A stretch of 48,277 bases of DNA from an uncultured Planctomycetales bacterium (GTDB lineage Bacteria > Omnitrophota > Gorgyraeia > Gygaellales > Profunditerraquicolaceae), in contig CAZYCL010000005.1 in assembly GCA_964645795.1 (NCBI GenBank), positions 124,771 to 173,047 of the forward strand, in the 5' to 3' direction. Position numbers and translations under genes: made by a program. Positions 35,916 through 45,683 of this stretch are shown here, piece by piece (the first letter of the stretch is position 1; the number at the start of each line of letters is the position of its first letter). The notes beneath the pieces were generated by a model, which worked only from the letters and a program-made list of their open reading frames with translations, did no database searches and was not told the origin of the DNA.

Positions 35916-37469
35916 ATGATCAATGCGGTAATTTATCTGGCAATAGCCGCGTCGGCGGTCCTTATCGGCTATTTTTTTAGAAAGCATCAGGCCGAAAAGA
36001 GGATCAAGAACGCGGAGTTAGAGGCGCAGCACATCCTGGACCAGGCTAAAAAAGAGGCTCAGGACAGGCGCCGCGAAGTGGAACTCGAGGCCAAGGATCT
36101 TCTATATAGGATGCGTCAGGATTTCGAACGCGAGACCAAAGAAAGACGGCAGGAGCTGGGGGAGCTGGAGAAGCGCCTGACACAGAAAGAGGAGAACATC
36201 GACCGCAGGCTCGATCTTCTGGAAAAGAAGGAAAAAGAGATCGAACAGCGTCAGGATAACGCCAAGAAGCAGGAAGAAGCGATAAAGGCAAAAGATAACC
36301 AGTTGCATCTGCTTATCGCCGAAGAGAAGGAAAGATTGCAAAAGATCGCCTCGCTTTCGGCGGAAGAAGCCAAGCACATTCTGCTCAACCGCCTCAATGA
36401 AGAGCTTAATAACGAAAAGGCGGTGCTGATTAAAAGGCAGGAGGAAGAGGCCAGGGTCTGCGCCGATAAGAAATCCAGGGAGATCATGAGCCTGGCTATT
36501 CAGCGCTGCGCTGCCGAGCATACCGTTGAATCAACGGTCAGCGTCGTAACTCTACCTAATGATGAGATGAAAGGCCGCGTCATAGGCAGGGAAGGCAGGA
36601 ACATCCGGGCCCTGGAGATGGCCACAGGCGTCGACGTGATCATCGATGATACTCCGGAAGCGGTAACACTTTCCGCATTTGATACTGTGCGCAGGGAGAT
36701 TGCGCGCTTAAGCCTCGAGAAGCTCATCTCCGATGGCAGGATCCACCCGGGAAGGATCGAAGAGATCGTTGAAAAGACCAAAAAGGAGATGGATGATAAG
36801 ATCCGCGAAGAAGGAGAAAGGGTGGTCTTTGAGGCCGGGATCAGCAGCCTGCATCCGGAGATAGTCAGGCTGCTTGGCCGCCTCAAATACAGGACCAGCT
36901 TCGGCCAGAATGCCCTGCAGCACTCCAAAGAGGTGTCTTTTCTTCTGGGCGTGATGGCTTCGGAGCTGGGGCTTGATTTCAAGCTCGGGCGCAGGATCGG
37001 CCTTTTGCATGATATCGGCAAGGCCGTGGACCATCAGATCGAAGGCACGCATGCCAAGATCGGCGCGGACCTGGCCAAGAAATACAACGAATCACCCGAT
37101 GTCGTAGCCGCGATCGAGGCCCATCATGAGGAGACGCAGCCCCAGAGCCTGTATGCGGTTTTAGCGGTCGCAGCGGACGCCATAAGCGCCGCACGGCCCG
37201 GAGCCCGGCGTGAGACGCTGGAGACTTATATCAAACGCCTGGATAAGCTGGAGTCTATCGCCAACGTATTTAAAGGCGTAGAGAAGTCTTTTGCCATACA
37301 GGCCGGACGCGAGATACGGGTGATCGTGCAGCCGGAGAAGATCTCAGATGCGGATTCCGTAAACATGGCGCGCGACATCCGCAAGAAGATCGAAGAGGGA
37401 ATGGAGTATCCGGGGCAGATCAAGGTGACGGTCATACGGGAAACTCGAGCTATAGAGTACGCTAAATAA
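35916..37469 (+). CDS. rny: Ribonuclease Y
   Basis: N-terminal TM, coiled coil, KH ([14 protein letters not shown]), HD domain (LLHDIGK), [11 protein letters not shown]. Confidence 0.97.
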   Translation: MINAVIYLAIAASAVLIGYFFRKHQAEKRIKNAELEAQHILDQAKKEAQDRRREVELEAKDLLYRMRQDFERETKERRQELGELEKRLTQKEENIDRRLDLLEKKEKEIEQRQDNAKKQEEAIKAKDNQLHLLIAEEKERLQKIASLSAEEAKHILLNRLNEELNNEKAVLIKRQEEEARVCADKKSREIMSLAIQRCAAEHTVESTVSVVTLPNDEMKGRVIGREGRNIRALEMATGVDVIIDDTPEAVTLSAFDTVRREIARLSLEKLISDGRIHPGRIEEIVEKTKKEMDDKIREEGERVVFEAGISSLHPEIVRLLGRLKYRTSFGQNALQHSKEVSFLLGVMASELGLDFKLGRRIGLLHDIGKAVDHQIEGTHAKIGADLAKKYNESPDVVAAIEAHHEETQPQSLYAVLAVAADAISAARPGARRETLETYIKRLDKLESIANVFKGVEKSFAIQAGREIRVIVQPEKISDADSVNMARDIRKKIEEGMEYPGQIKVTVIRETRAIEYAK

Positions 37470-37474
37470 TCAGT

Positions 37475-37537
37475 GTCACCCGGCAAGCAAAATTGAACCG
37501 GTCACCAAGTCACCGGTGACCTGATGGCCCGGTGACG
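37475..37537. repeat. Head-to-head arrays of GTCACC(A/G)G-type octamers
   Basis: CCGGTCAC CAAGTCAC then inverted CGGTGACC TGATGGCC CGGTGACG around the palindrome GTCACCGGTGAC (37509-37520); extra GTCACCCGG at 37475. Confidence 0.65.
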
Positions 37538-37552
37538 AGAAACCAAATATCT

Positions 37553-38332
37553 ATGAAAATATTATTTATTGGCGATATAGTCGGCTCGCCGGGCCGGGAG
37601 GCGGTAAAATCCCTGCTTCCCGCTTTGGTCAAGGGTCATGACCTTGAGTTTGTCGTCGCCAACGCTGAAAACGCTGCCGGCGGCTCAGGCATAACCTCAA
37701 AGGTAGCCGAGGAGCTTTTTGCTTCAGGGGTAGATGTATTGACCTCCGGCGACCATATATGGAAAAAAAGCGAAATATTCGAGCTTATGGCAAGGGAAAA
37801 ACGGATATTGAGGCCGAGTAATTACCCCTGCGGTGCCCCTGGCAGCGGATACGGGGTTTTTTTAACCAAAACCAAAAAGAACGTCGGCGTAGTAAATCTG
37901 GTCGGCAGGGTCTTTATGGAGCCGCTGGAGTGTCCCTTCAAAGGAGCGCTTATTGCGCGCGACGAACTGATTAAAGCAACCAAGGTGATCATCGTAGATA
38001 TGCACGCCGAAGCCACCTCTGAGAAGATTGCTATGGGCTGGTTCCTGGACGGCAAAGTCTCGGCGGTCTTGGGAACGCACACTCATGTCCAGACGGCAGA
38101 CGAGAAGATACTCCCCGCCGGCACCGCCTATATTACCGATGCGGGGATGGTCGGCCCGTACGACTCCGTAATCGGCAGGAAAAAAGAAGCGGTACTTTCC
38201 CGGTTTTTAAACTCGCTCCCGGCCAGGTTTGAGGTAGCCGAAGCGGATGTTCAGCTGCACGGCGTTGTGCTGGATATCGATGAGCAGACGGGCAAGGCTG
38301 TATCCATTTTAAGGGTTCAAGCAAAGGCTTAG
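37553..38332 (+). CDS. ymdB: YmdB / TIGR00282 family metallophosphoesterase
   Basis: MKILFIGDIVG, NAENAAGG, SGDHIW, DMHAEATSEK, GTHTHVQTAD, TDAGMVGP; follows rny as in many bacteria. Confidence 0.94.
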   Translation: MKILFIGDIVGSPGREAVKSLLPALVKGHDLEFVVANAENAAGGSGITSKVAEELFASGVDVLTSGDHIWKKSEIFELMAREKRILRPSNYPCGAPGSGYGVFLTKTKKNVGVVNLVGRVFMEPLECPFKGALIARDELIKATKVIIVDMHAEATSEKIAMGWFLDGKVSAVLGTHTHVQTADEKILPAGTAYITDAGMVGPYDSVIGRKKEAVLSRFLNSLPARFEVAEADVQLHGVVLDIDEQTGKAVSILRVQAKA

Positions 38333-38340
38333 AGCATAAA

Positions 38341-40287
38341 ATGAAGCATCCAAGACCATATTCGATCATTACTGTCGCCCTGGCGGTCCTAGCAAACTTT
38401 ATATTCTTTTCGCCCTCCCCTGCGCAGCCGCAGGATGAGCTGGAGCTGGTAATAGACCTGGCCCAACCCACAACCCCCCTTCCCAAGATATTCAAGCCCA
38501 ATATCGACCTTAGCGGCCGGGGCTTTCACCGCGACCCTGCATGGCCTCAGGAGCTGGCTGCTTCCGAACCGCTCAAACAGTGGCAGAACGATATCAAATT
38601 TTCCGGGCTTTACCGTATCCAGCTTAATCTCTGGGACATAAGCCAGTTTTCCCGTAACCCTTTTCTGCAAAAGCGCCTGATGGATAATTACGAATCCGTG
38701 ATCCGCGCCATCAGCCAGGACGGCGCAACGGTAGTGCTTAATATCTTCGGGACCCCCGCGGGCATGGGCAAGATCCTTGATAAAAAAAGCGCGCCAGTGG
38801 AGCTCAGGGAGTTCAAGGCCCTGATAAAAGACACCATGCGTTATTTCAGCTGCGAAAAGAAGTACAACGTATGGTATGAGGTATGGACCGCTCCTGACCT
38901 GGATGATTTTTTTCTGGGCAGGAAACAGGATTACCTGGCCATGTACAGGGTGATAGGTGAAGCGGTAAAGGAGCTGGAAAAAGAAACCAAGGTGTCTATT
39001 CCGCTGGGGGGTCCGGGAGCGAGCTGGTGGTTTCAGAGCTTCGAAGGCAACAATACGCTTAATCCCGAAGACAGCTTTCTTTACGAGTTTGTAAAATTTT
39101 GCCACCGCTACCGGCTGCCTTTGGATTTTCTTAGCTGGCACAGCTATTCATCGTCCGTTGCGGTTGACAAGGAGGATACTATTTACCGCAAGACTGCCGT
39201 CAAGCTCATCCGCGACTGGCTGAGCTACTTCGGGTTTTCAGGCAAGACCCAGATGGTCATAAGCGAATGGAACTATGACCGCAGCGCCAACCTTCTGCCC
39301 GAAAGAAAAGAGAAGGCCTCTATCGCCGCCAGCTACATACCAGCCAGGATAAAAAGCATGTATGAGGCTGGTATCGACAACCAGATCTATTATTGCCTGG
39401 AGGATTTTCAGGCCAACAAGGAAGGCGTTGTCCGCAACGTCGGGATTTTTTCTTTTGACCCGGAGTACACCGATTACAGGGGTTGGCCCAAGTCCATCTA
39501 TAACGTTTTTAAGATGCTCTCGCTTTTGGAGGGCAAGCTTATACCGGTAAAGCTTGATAACGATTTCGTCGGAGTGATAGCTACCAGGGATACGGATAAA
39601 TACGCCCTGATTGTTTTCAATTATATAGATCCCGATATCGTCATGAATTATCTCTCCAGGGGTATCGCCACGCTTGCCGGTTCGGAAAGAAGGATGCTGT
39701 TACGCTTGATAAAATCCGATAATCTGGAAAAGCTTCTGTTAAAACAGCTCGACGTCAATCGTCTTCACGCCACGCTCAGGGTAAAGAACCTGCTTAGGAA
39801 AGCGATCGAGCTCAACGATAAGGCCGCACACTGGGCGGCAAACAGCCGGATGTTAAAGCTTGGGCTGGGAGGCATCAAGGAAAAATACTCCTGGGTTCGT
39901 TATGGACTGGATTTAAGCTGCAGCGCCGGCTGCAAATTCCAGCCTCTGGAGGAAAAGGAGATCGATTTCAGCCAGCCGTTCAAGGAGCCTCTGGAGCTTA
40001 AGCCTTACTCGGTACAGTTGATCATCCTGAAAAAGAAGCCCAAGACCGAAGAGCCCGTTGTTGAGCAGGTTGCAGCGGCCCCCGAAAAGAAAGATGAAAC
40101 CGTTGCGGAAAAGAAGGCGGAGCCCGCGGTCGAAAAAAAGCCTGAGCCTGCCGAGGAAAATAAGGCCGAGCCTTCCAAGAGCGTAACTGCGGTCAAAGAG
40201 CCTGAGCCGGATTTGGCATCCAAGGATAAGGTTCAGGAAGCCCCCAAAGAGGAAAAGGCCAAGAACGGCGCTGACCAGAAAAAGTAA
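38341..40287 (+). CDS. Exported GH39-like (clan GH-A) glycoside-hydrolase-fold protein with Lys/Glu/Pro-rich tail
   Basis: Signal peptide; WYEVWTAPD in the position of the usual WNEP motif, LGGPG, DFLSWHSY, VISEWN nucleophile motif. Confidence 0.65.
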   Translation: MKHPRPYSIITVALAVLANFIFFSPSPAQPQDELELVIDLAQPTTPLPKIFKPNIDLSGRGFHRDPAWPQELAASEPLKQWQNDIKFSGLYRIQLNLWDISQFSRNPFLQKRLMDNYESVIRAISQDGATVVLNIFGTPAGMGKILDKKSAPVELREFKALIKDTMRYFSCEKKYNVWYEVWTAPDLDDFFLGRKQDYLAMYRVIGEAVKELEKETKVSIPLGGPGASWWFQSFEGNNTLNPEDSFLYEFVKFCHRYRLPLDFLSWHSYSSSVAVDKEDTIYRKTAVKLIRDWLSYFGFSGKTQMVISEWNYDRSANLLPERKEKASIAASYIPARIKSMYEAGIDNQIYYCLEDFQANKEGVVRNVGIFSFDPEYTDYRGWPKSIYNVFKMLSLLEGKLIPVKLDNDFVGVIATRDTDKYALIVFNYIDPDIVMNYLSRGIATLAGSERRMLLRLIKSDNLEKLLLKQLDVNRLHATLRVKNLLRKAIELNDKAAHWAANSRMLKLGLGGIKEKYSWVRYGLDLSCSAGCKFQPLEEKEIDFSQPFKEPLELKPYSVQLIILKKKPKTEEPVVEQVAAAPEKKDETVAEKKAEPAVEKKPEPAEENKAEPSKSVTAVKEPEPDLASKDKVQEAPKEEKAKNGADQKK

Positions 40288-40288
40288 T

Positions 40289-41611
40289 ATGATGAACGAG
40301 GCGATAGAAAAAACCCGGCAGCAGCGGCAGATCCTTAGCGTATCCGAAGTAACGCAGGACATTAAGCTGCTCTTGGATAATACCTTTACCGACGTCTGGG
40401 TCGAGGGGGAGATATCTAATTTTCGGCCGCATGCCTCCGGCCACCTGTACTTTTCCCTGAAGGACCAGAAAGCCGTGCTTCTGGCGGTGGTCTTCAGCCG
40501 CGCCGCCAAAGACATAAAATTCAGGCTTGAGGACGGACTGCAGGTGGTCTGCCGGGGCAGCATAGAGGTGTATCCGCCGCACGGCAAATACCAGCTGATA
40601 GTGGAGTCCATCGAGCCCAAGGGTATCGGCAGCCTGCAGCTGGCATTGGAGCAGCTCAAGGAAAGGCTCCAGAAGGAAGGGCTTTTTAAAGAAGAGCGCA
40701 AGCGCCCGGTGCCGTATCTTCCTTCGAAGATAGGAGTGGTTACTTCTTCAAGCGGGGCGGCGATAAACGACATTTTGAAAGTGCTTGACCGCCGGTTCTC
40801 CGAAGCCCATATAATATTCAGGCCTGCCCAGGTCCAGGGCAGAGATGCCAAAGACGATATCGCCCGGGCCATAAAGGATCTCAATGATTTTAACCGCTCG
40901 CTTTCTGCGCAGGAAAAGATCGAGGTAATAATCGTGGGCCGTGGCGGGGGAAGCGTTGAGGACCTTTGGGCTTTCAATGAAGAAGTGGTTGCCAGGGCAA
41001 TATACGCTTCTTCGATCCCGGTGATATCGGCGGTAGGACATGAGCGGGACTGGACGGTCTCTGACCTTGTGGCCGATGTGCGCGCAGCCACACCATCCCA
41101 GGCTGCGGAGCTTGTGCTTCCAGAGAAAAAAGAGTTATTGGGAAGGATAACGGAGAATAAAGAGTCCCTGACCAGGGCGGTAGAGGAAAAAATATATGAT
41201 TTTAAGGAGGGCCTGGCCGAGCTTGGCCGCAGGTCTTGCCTGGGTGTAGAGAATATTTTGAGATTTTACGGCTCTGAATTTGAGGCGGCTGCAAAGAAGC
41301 TCAAGCTTCTTAATCCTGCCTCCCGGATCATCGACCACCGCCAGAGGCTTGATGATTTTGTCAGGCAGATTTATGTCAGGACCGAGCATTTGCTGGCGCT
41401 TAAAAGCTCAAGGTTTTCAAGCCTGGCCGGCAAGCTTTCAAGCTTGAGCCCCTTGAACATCCTGGGCCGGGGATACAGCATCACTTTTAAGATGCCGCAG
41501 GAAACGGTAGCCAAAGACTCAAGGCTATTGCAGGAGGGAGACCTGATCAGGACCAGGCTCCATAAAGGAGAGCTCTTAAGCAGGGTAACGGAGGTCAAAG
41601 TCAATGGCTGA
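40289..41611 (+). CDS. xseA: Exodeoxyribonuclease VII large subunit
   Basis: VWVEGEISNF, SGHLYFSLKD, IGVVTSSSGAA, GRGGGSVEDLWAFN, SAVGHERD, AATPSQAA, LSPLNILGRGYSI. Confidence 0.96.
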   Translation: MMNEAIEKTRQQRQILSVSEVTQDIKLLLDNTFTDVWVEGEISNFRPHASGHLYFSLKDQKAVLLAVVFSRAAKDIKFRLEDGLQVVCRGSIEVYPPHGKYQLIVESIEPKGIGSLQLALEQLKERLQKEGLFKEERKRPVPYLPSKIGVVTSSSGAAINDILKVLDRRFSEAHIIFRPAQVQGRDAKDDIARAIKDLNDFNRSLSAQEKIEVIIVGRGGGSVEDLWAFNEEVVARAIYASSIPVISAVGHERDWTVSDLVADVRAATPSQAAELVLPEKKELLGRITENKESLTRAVEEKIYDFKEGLAELGRRSCLGVENILRFYGSEFEAAAKKLKLLNPASRIIDHRQRLDDFVRQIYVRTEHLLALKSSRFSSLAGKLSSLSPLNILGRGYSITFKMPQETVAKDSRLLQEGDLIRTRLHKGELLSRVTEVKVNG

Positions 41612-41837
41612 GATAAAGTTTGAGGAGGCATTAAAGAAGCTGGAAAAGATAGTCGAGGAGCTGGAGAAGGGGGATCTGACGCTCGACGATGCGCTTAAGA
41701 AGTACCAGGACGGCGTAGAGTTGGCGCGGATGTGTTCACAGAGGCTTGATAACGCCAAAAAAAAGATCGATATCCTGATGAAGAATAAAAAAGGCGATTT
41801 TGAGCTCAAAAACTGCGAAGGCCCAGAGGAAGGATAA
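41604..41837 (+). CDS. xseB: Exodeoxyribonuclease VII small subunit
   Basis: FEEALKKLEKIVEELEKGDLTLDDALKKYQDG. Confidence 0.95.
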   Translation: MAEIKFEEALKKLEKIVEELEKGDLTLDDALKKYQDGVELARMCSQRLDNAKKKIDILMKNKKGDFELKNCEGPEEG

Positions 41838-43702
41838 TGCTGCTGGAGAAGATTGATTCGCCGCAGGATTTAAGGAAGCTTTCCGTTGAAGAGCTGCCGG
41901 CCTTGGCCGAAGAGCTGCGCAGGAGGATGATAGAGGTCGTCTCCTGTTCGGGGGGGCATCTTGCATCCAGTCTTGGGGCGGTGGAGTTGATCATCGCCCT
42001 GCACTACTGTTTGAATACTCCCGTTGACAAGATAATCTTTGATGTCGGCCACCAGGCCTACGCCCACAAGCTTATTACCGGAAGGAACAAAGATTTCGCT
42101 ACCTTGCGCCAATACGGGGGATTAAGCGGCTTTCCCAGCAGGAATGAGTCGGAGCACGACGTTTTTACCACCGGCCACAGCTCTAATGCCGTTTCCCTTG
42201 CCACGGGCCTGGTCTGCGCCAGGGATTATATATCGGGCGACCAAAAGCCATTTAAAGTGGTAGTGGTGATAGGCGACGGATCATTGAGCGGCGGCATGTG
42301 CTTCGAAGGCTTGAATAACGCCGGCCACCTAAAAAAAGATCTCACGGTAGTTCTTAATACCAACGAGCTAAGCATCTCTCCTAACGTCGGGGCGTTGAGC
42401 AATTACCTTAATAAGTTGATCTCCCTGCCCATTTATAACCGTTTTAAGGATCAGCTGGAGGGGTTCGTGCAATCCCGCATGCCCAACCGGGGCAGCCGCA
42501 TTATAAAGTTAGCCAACAAATTCGAAGAGGGCTTAAAAGGCCTGTTTGTTCCGGGCATATTCTTTGAAGAGCTGGGTTTTCGTTACTTCGGGCCTTTTGA
42601 CGGACATGACCCAAAGCTCCTGGTCGAGTCCTTTAGAAAGATCATCCCCATAAGAGGGCCGCGCATTATCCATGTAGTGACAAAAAAGGGCAAAGGCTAT
42701 CCTCCGGCGGAAAAAGAGCCGGTCAGGCTCCACGGCACCGGCCCTTTTGATATAGAAACGGGGTGCGGTTTGTGTGAACCCGGAAAAGAGCCGGCACAGA
42801 CATATACCTCGGTATTTAGCTCCAAGCTCACAGAGCTTGCCTGCCGCGACGATAAAATTGTCGCCATTACCGCGGCCATGCCCGAAGGCACAGGCCTGGA
42901 TAAGTTCCGCGACGCCTACCCCGAAAGGTTCTTTGATGTGGGTATCGCCGAGGCCCACGCGGTGGCGTTTTCTGCGGGGCTGGCGCGGCAAGGGTTAAAG
43001 CCCGTAGTTGCGATTTACTCGACTTTCCTTCAGCGCGCCTACGATCAGATAATTGAAGATGTGGCCCTGCAGAACCTGGGAGTGGTATTCGCGATTGACC
43101 GTGCCGGCATCGTCGGTGAAGACGGGGCCACCCACCAGGGGATATTCGATATCTCCTACTTGAGGGGCATCCCGAATCTGATCATCATGGCACCGAAGGA
43201 CGATAAGGAGCTTGCGGCAATGATGGAGTTCGGCATCCAGGCCGCTCGCCCCACCGCCATACGTTACCCGCGCGCCTGTTGTCCGGCCGCCGATAAAGAG
43301 CCGGCAAGGATAGAGCTGGGCAGATCAGAGATTATCAGGCAAGGCAAGGATTTCTGTGTCATCAGCGCGGGAAGCATGGTCATTTCTGCCCTGGAGGCAG
43401 CGCAGGAGCTGTCCCGCGGAGGGCTTGAAGGGACAGTGGTTAACGCCAGGTTCATCAAGCCGCTGGACGAACCCCTATTAAGCCAGCTTGGACATAGACA
43501 CAAGCATATTATTACCGTGGAAGAAGGAGTTGTAGCCGGGGGATTTGGTAGTGCGGTAGCAGAAATGATAAACAGGCCCGTGTGCAAGCTTGGGCTTCCG
43601 GATGCGTTTATCCCACACGGAAAGAGAGGCCTCCTTCTGGAGAAGTACGGTCTTACTCCCTCAAAGATCGCCGAAGAAGTCAGGAAGATATGCCAAAAGT
43701 AA
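41837..43702 (+). CDS. dxs: 1-deoxy-D-xylulose-5-phosphate synthase
   Basis: GGHLASSLG, FDVGHQAY, VIGDGSLSGG, HVVTKKGKGY, FDVGIAE, YSTFLQRAYDQ, DRAGIVGEDGATHQG. Confidence 0.97.
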   Translation: MLLEKIDSPQDLRKLSVEELPALAEELRRRMIEVVSCSGGHLASSLGAVELIIALHYCLNTPVDKIIFDVGHQAYAHKLITGRNKDFATLRQYGGLSGFPSRNESEHDVFTTGHSSNAVSLATGLVCARDYISGDQKPFKVVVVIGDGSLSGGMCFEGLNNAGHLKKDLTVVLNTNELSISPNVGALSNYLNKLISLPIYNRFKDQLEGFVQSRMPNRGSRIIKLANKFEEGLKGLFVPGIFFEELGFRYFGPFDGHDPKLLVESFRKIIPIRGPRIIHVVTKKGKGYPPAEKEPVRLHGTGPFDIETGCGLCEPGKEPAQTYTSVFSSKLTELACRDDKIVAITAAMPEGTGLDKFRDAYPERFFDVGIAEAHAVAFSAGLARQGLKPVVAIYSTFLQRAYDQIIEDVALQNLGVVFAIDRAGIVGEDGATHQGIFDISYLRGIPNLIIMAPKDDKELAAMMEFGIQAARPTAIRYPRACCPAADKEPARIELGRSEIIRQGKDFCVISAGSMVISALEAAQELSRGGLEGTVVNARFIKPLDEPLLSQLGHRHKHIITVEEGVVAGGFGSAVAEMINRPVCKLGLPDAFIPHGKRGLLLEKYGLTPSKIAEEVRKICQK

Positions 43703-43893
43703 TCATAGAACAGCAGAAGTGTAAAGGCTGTCTTCTGTGTGTTTCTGCCTGCCCCAAAGGGCTGATCAAGGAATCTGGCAGCGTAAACAAACAGGGATTG
43801 CATTTTGCGGTCTTTGAAGGCGAAAGTTCCTGCAGCGGCTGTGCCATGTGCGCGCTGATGTGCCCGGATTGCTGCATAGAAATATGCAAATGA
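43690..43893 (+). CDS. 2x[4Fe-4S] ferredoxin, delta subunit of a 2-oxoacid:ferredoxin oxidoreductase
   Basis: CKGCLLCVSACP and CSGCAMCALMCPD; true start MPKVII at 43690. Confidence 0.93.
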   Translation: MPKVIIEQQKCKGCLLCVSACPKGLIKESGSVNKQGLHFAVFEGESSCSGCAMCALMCPDCCIEICK

Positions 43894-44942
43894 CCAAACG
43901 AATACTCATGAGCGGCAACGAAGCAATTGCCCAGGGGGCGATTGATGCCGGCTGCAATTTTTATGCCGGCTATCCCATCACCCCGCAGAACGAGCTTATT
44001 GCCTACATGGCTAAACATCTTCCTGAGGCAGGAGGGGTTTTTATCCAGTCAGAATCGGAGATATCGGCAATAAATATGCTCTACGGCGCCTCTGCAGCCG
44101 GTGCACAGGCAATGACCTCGTCTTCCAGCCCCGGGGTAAGCCTCAAGCAGGAAGGCATCTCATACATTGCCGGCTCCCAGCTACCTGCGGTCATCGTCAA
44201 TATTATGCGCGGCGGGCCGGGGTTAGGCAATATCGCTGCCGGCCAATCCGACTATTTTCAGGCTACGCGGGGCGGCGGTCACGGCGATTATCGCAGCATA
44301 GTGCTTGCGCCCTCCTCTGTTCAAGAAGCATACGACATGATGGCTAAGGCTTTTGCGCTTGCCAGGAAATACCGTAATCCGGTGATTGTCTTGGGCGACG
44401 GATTATTGGGGCAGATGATGGAGCCGGTTTTGTTAGGTCACCAGGTCACCAGGTTACCAGGTCACCAGGTCGAAAAGACATGGACTCTGACAGGGTGCGC
44501 GGGGAGAAAGCCGAATGTCATAAAATCGTTTTTTCTAAGAGAGGGCGAGCTTGAGCAGTTTAACGCCGTACTCCAGAAGAAATACAAAGGGATCCGGCAG
44601 AAGGAACAGCGCTGCGACGGCCTGTTCCTTGACGACGCCAGGCTTATCATCGTTGCCTACGGCACGATGGCGCGTATTGTCAGGGGTGTCGTGGTTGAGT
44701 TAAGGAAGAAAAAGCGCAAGGTCGGGCTGTTGCGGCCGGTTACGCTCTGGCCTTTCCCGGAAAAGGCGTTTCAGAAGTTAAGCAGGCGCAAGTTTTTGAC
44801 TGTTGAAATGTCCGCCGGCCAGATGCTTGAGGATGTAAAGCTGGCTGTTGCGGGAAGGGCTGACGTAGATTTCCTTGGACGCATGGGCGGCGGAGTGCCG
44901 ACGCAGGCAGAGATTATTCGCAAGATAAGGAACATGCTTTAA
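43890..44942 (+). CDS. vorB: 2-oxoacid:ferredoxin oxidoreductase alpha subunit (VorB-like)
   Basis: MSGNEAIA, YAGYPITPQNE, QSESEISA, TSSSSPG, RGGPGLG, QATRGGGHG, LRPVTLWPFP, VEMSAGQM. Confidence 0.92.
   Translation: MTKRILMSGNEAIAQGAIDAGCNFYAGYPITPQNELIAYMAKHLPEAGGVFIQSESEISAINMLYGASAAGAQAMTSSSSPGVSLKQEGISYIAGSQLPAVIVNIMRGGPGLGNIAAGQSDYFQATRGGGHGDYRSIVLAPSSVQEAYDMMAKAFALARKYRNPVIVLGDGLLGQMMEPVLLGHQVTRLPGHQVEKTWTLTGCAGRKPNVIKSFFLREGELEQFNAVLQKKYKGIRQKEQRCDGLFLDDARLIIVAYGTMARIVRGVVVELRKKKRKVGLLRPVTLWPFPEKAFQKLSRRKFLTVEMSAGQMLEDVKLAVAGRADVDFLGRMGGGVPTQAEIIRKIRNML
44435..44471. repeat. In-frame octamer tandem repeat in vorB
   Basis: AGGTCACC AGGTCACC AGGTTACC AGGTCACC AGGTC (4.6 units), encoding GHQVTRLPGHQV. 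Confidence 0.85.
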
Positions 44943-45670
44943 TGGAATACATTTACCAACACCCAAAATCCCTTCGCCATACAATTACCCACTACTGTCC
45001 CGGATGCGGCCACGGCATAGCCCATCGCATCGTTGCAGAAGTCATAGATGAGCTGGGGATAAGAGAGAAGGTTATAGCCGTGGCACCCGTAGGATGTGCG
45101 GTAGTAGCTTATGATTATTGGGATTTCGATTGTTCCGAGTCCGCGCATGGCCGGGCCTTGGCAGTAGCCACGGCCATCAAACGCGTAAGACCCCAGAACA
45201 TCGTCTTTACCTATCAGGGCGACGGAGACCTTGCCGCCATAGGCACTAATGAGACGATACACGCGGCTAACCGCGGAGAAAACCTTACCGTGATCTTCAT
45301 TAATAATGCCGTCTACGGCATGACCGGAGGCCAGATGGCCCCTACGACAATTATCGGGCAGAAGACCGCCACTACCCCTCTGGGGCGCAATCCCGCTGAG
45401 CACGGCAATCCTTTAAAAATATCTGAGATGCTCGCGGGCCTGGCGCAGGTCAAATACGCAGAGAGGGTCTCTTTTTCTTCTCCAGCACAAGTAAGAAAGG
45501 CGCGTTCAGCCATAAAGCAGGCGTTTGGCAACCAGATCGATAACGTCGGATTTTCACTGGTAGAAATACTTTCCCCCTGCCCGACATACTGGGGCATGAA
45601 GCCGGGGAAAGCGCTGGAATGGATAAGGGATGTTTTGGAAAAAGAGTTTCCTTTGGGACGCTTCAAATAG
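44942..45670 (+). CDS. vorA: 2-oxoacid:ferredoxin oxidoreductase beta (TPP-binding) subunit
   Basis: HYCPGCGHG, VGCAV, HGRALAVATA, YQGDGDLAAIG, NNAVYGMTGGQMAPT, LSPCPTYW. Confidence 0.92.
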   Translation: MEYIYQHPKSLRHTITHYCPGCGHGIAHRIVAEVIDELGIREKVIAVAPVGCAVVAYDYWDFDCSESAHGRALAVATAIKRVRPQNIVFTYQGDGDLAAIGTNETIHAANRGENLTVIFINNAVYGMTGGQMAPTTIIGQKTATTPLGRNPAEHGNPLKISEMLAGLAQVKYAERVSFSSPAQVRKARSAIKQAFGNQIDNVGFSLVEILSPCPTYWGMKPGKALEWIRDVLEKEFPLGRFK

Positions 45671-45683
45671 CTTTGGTTAAACT

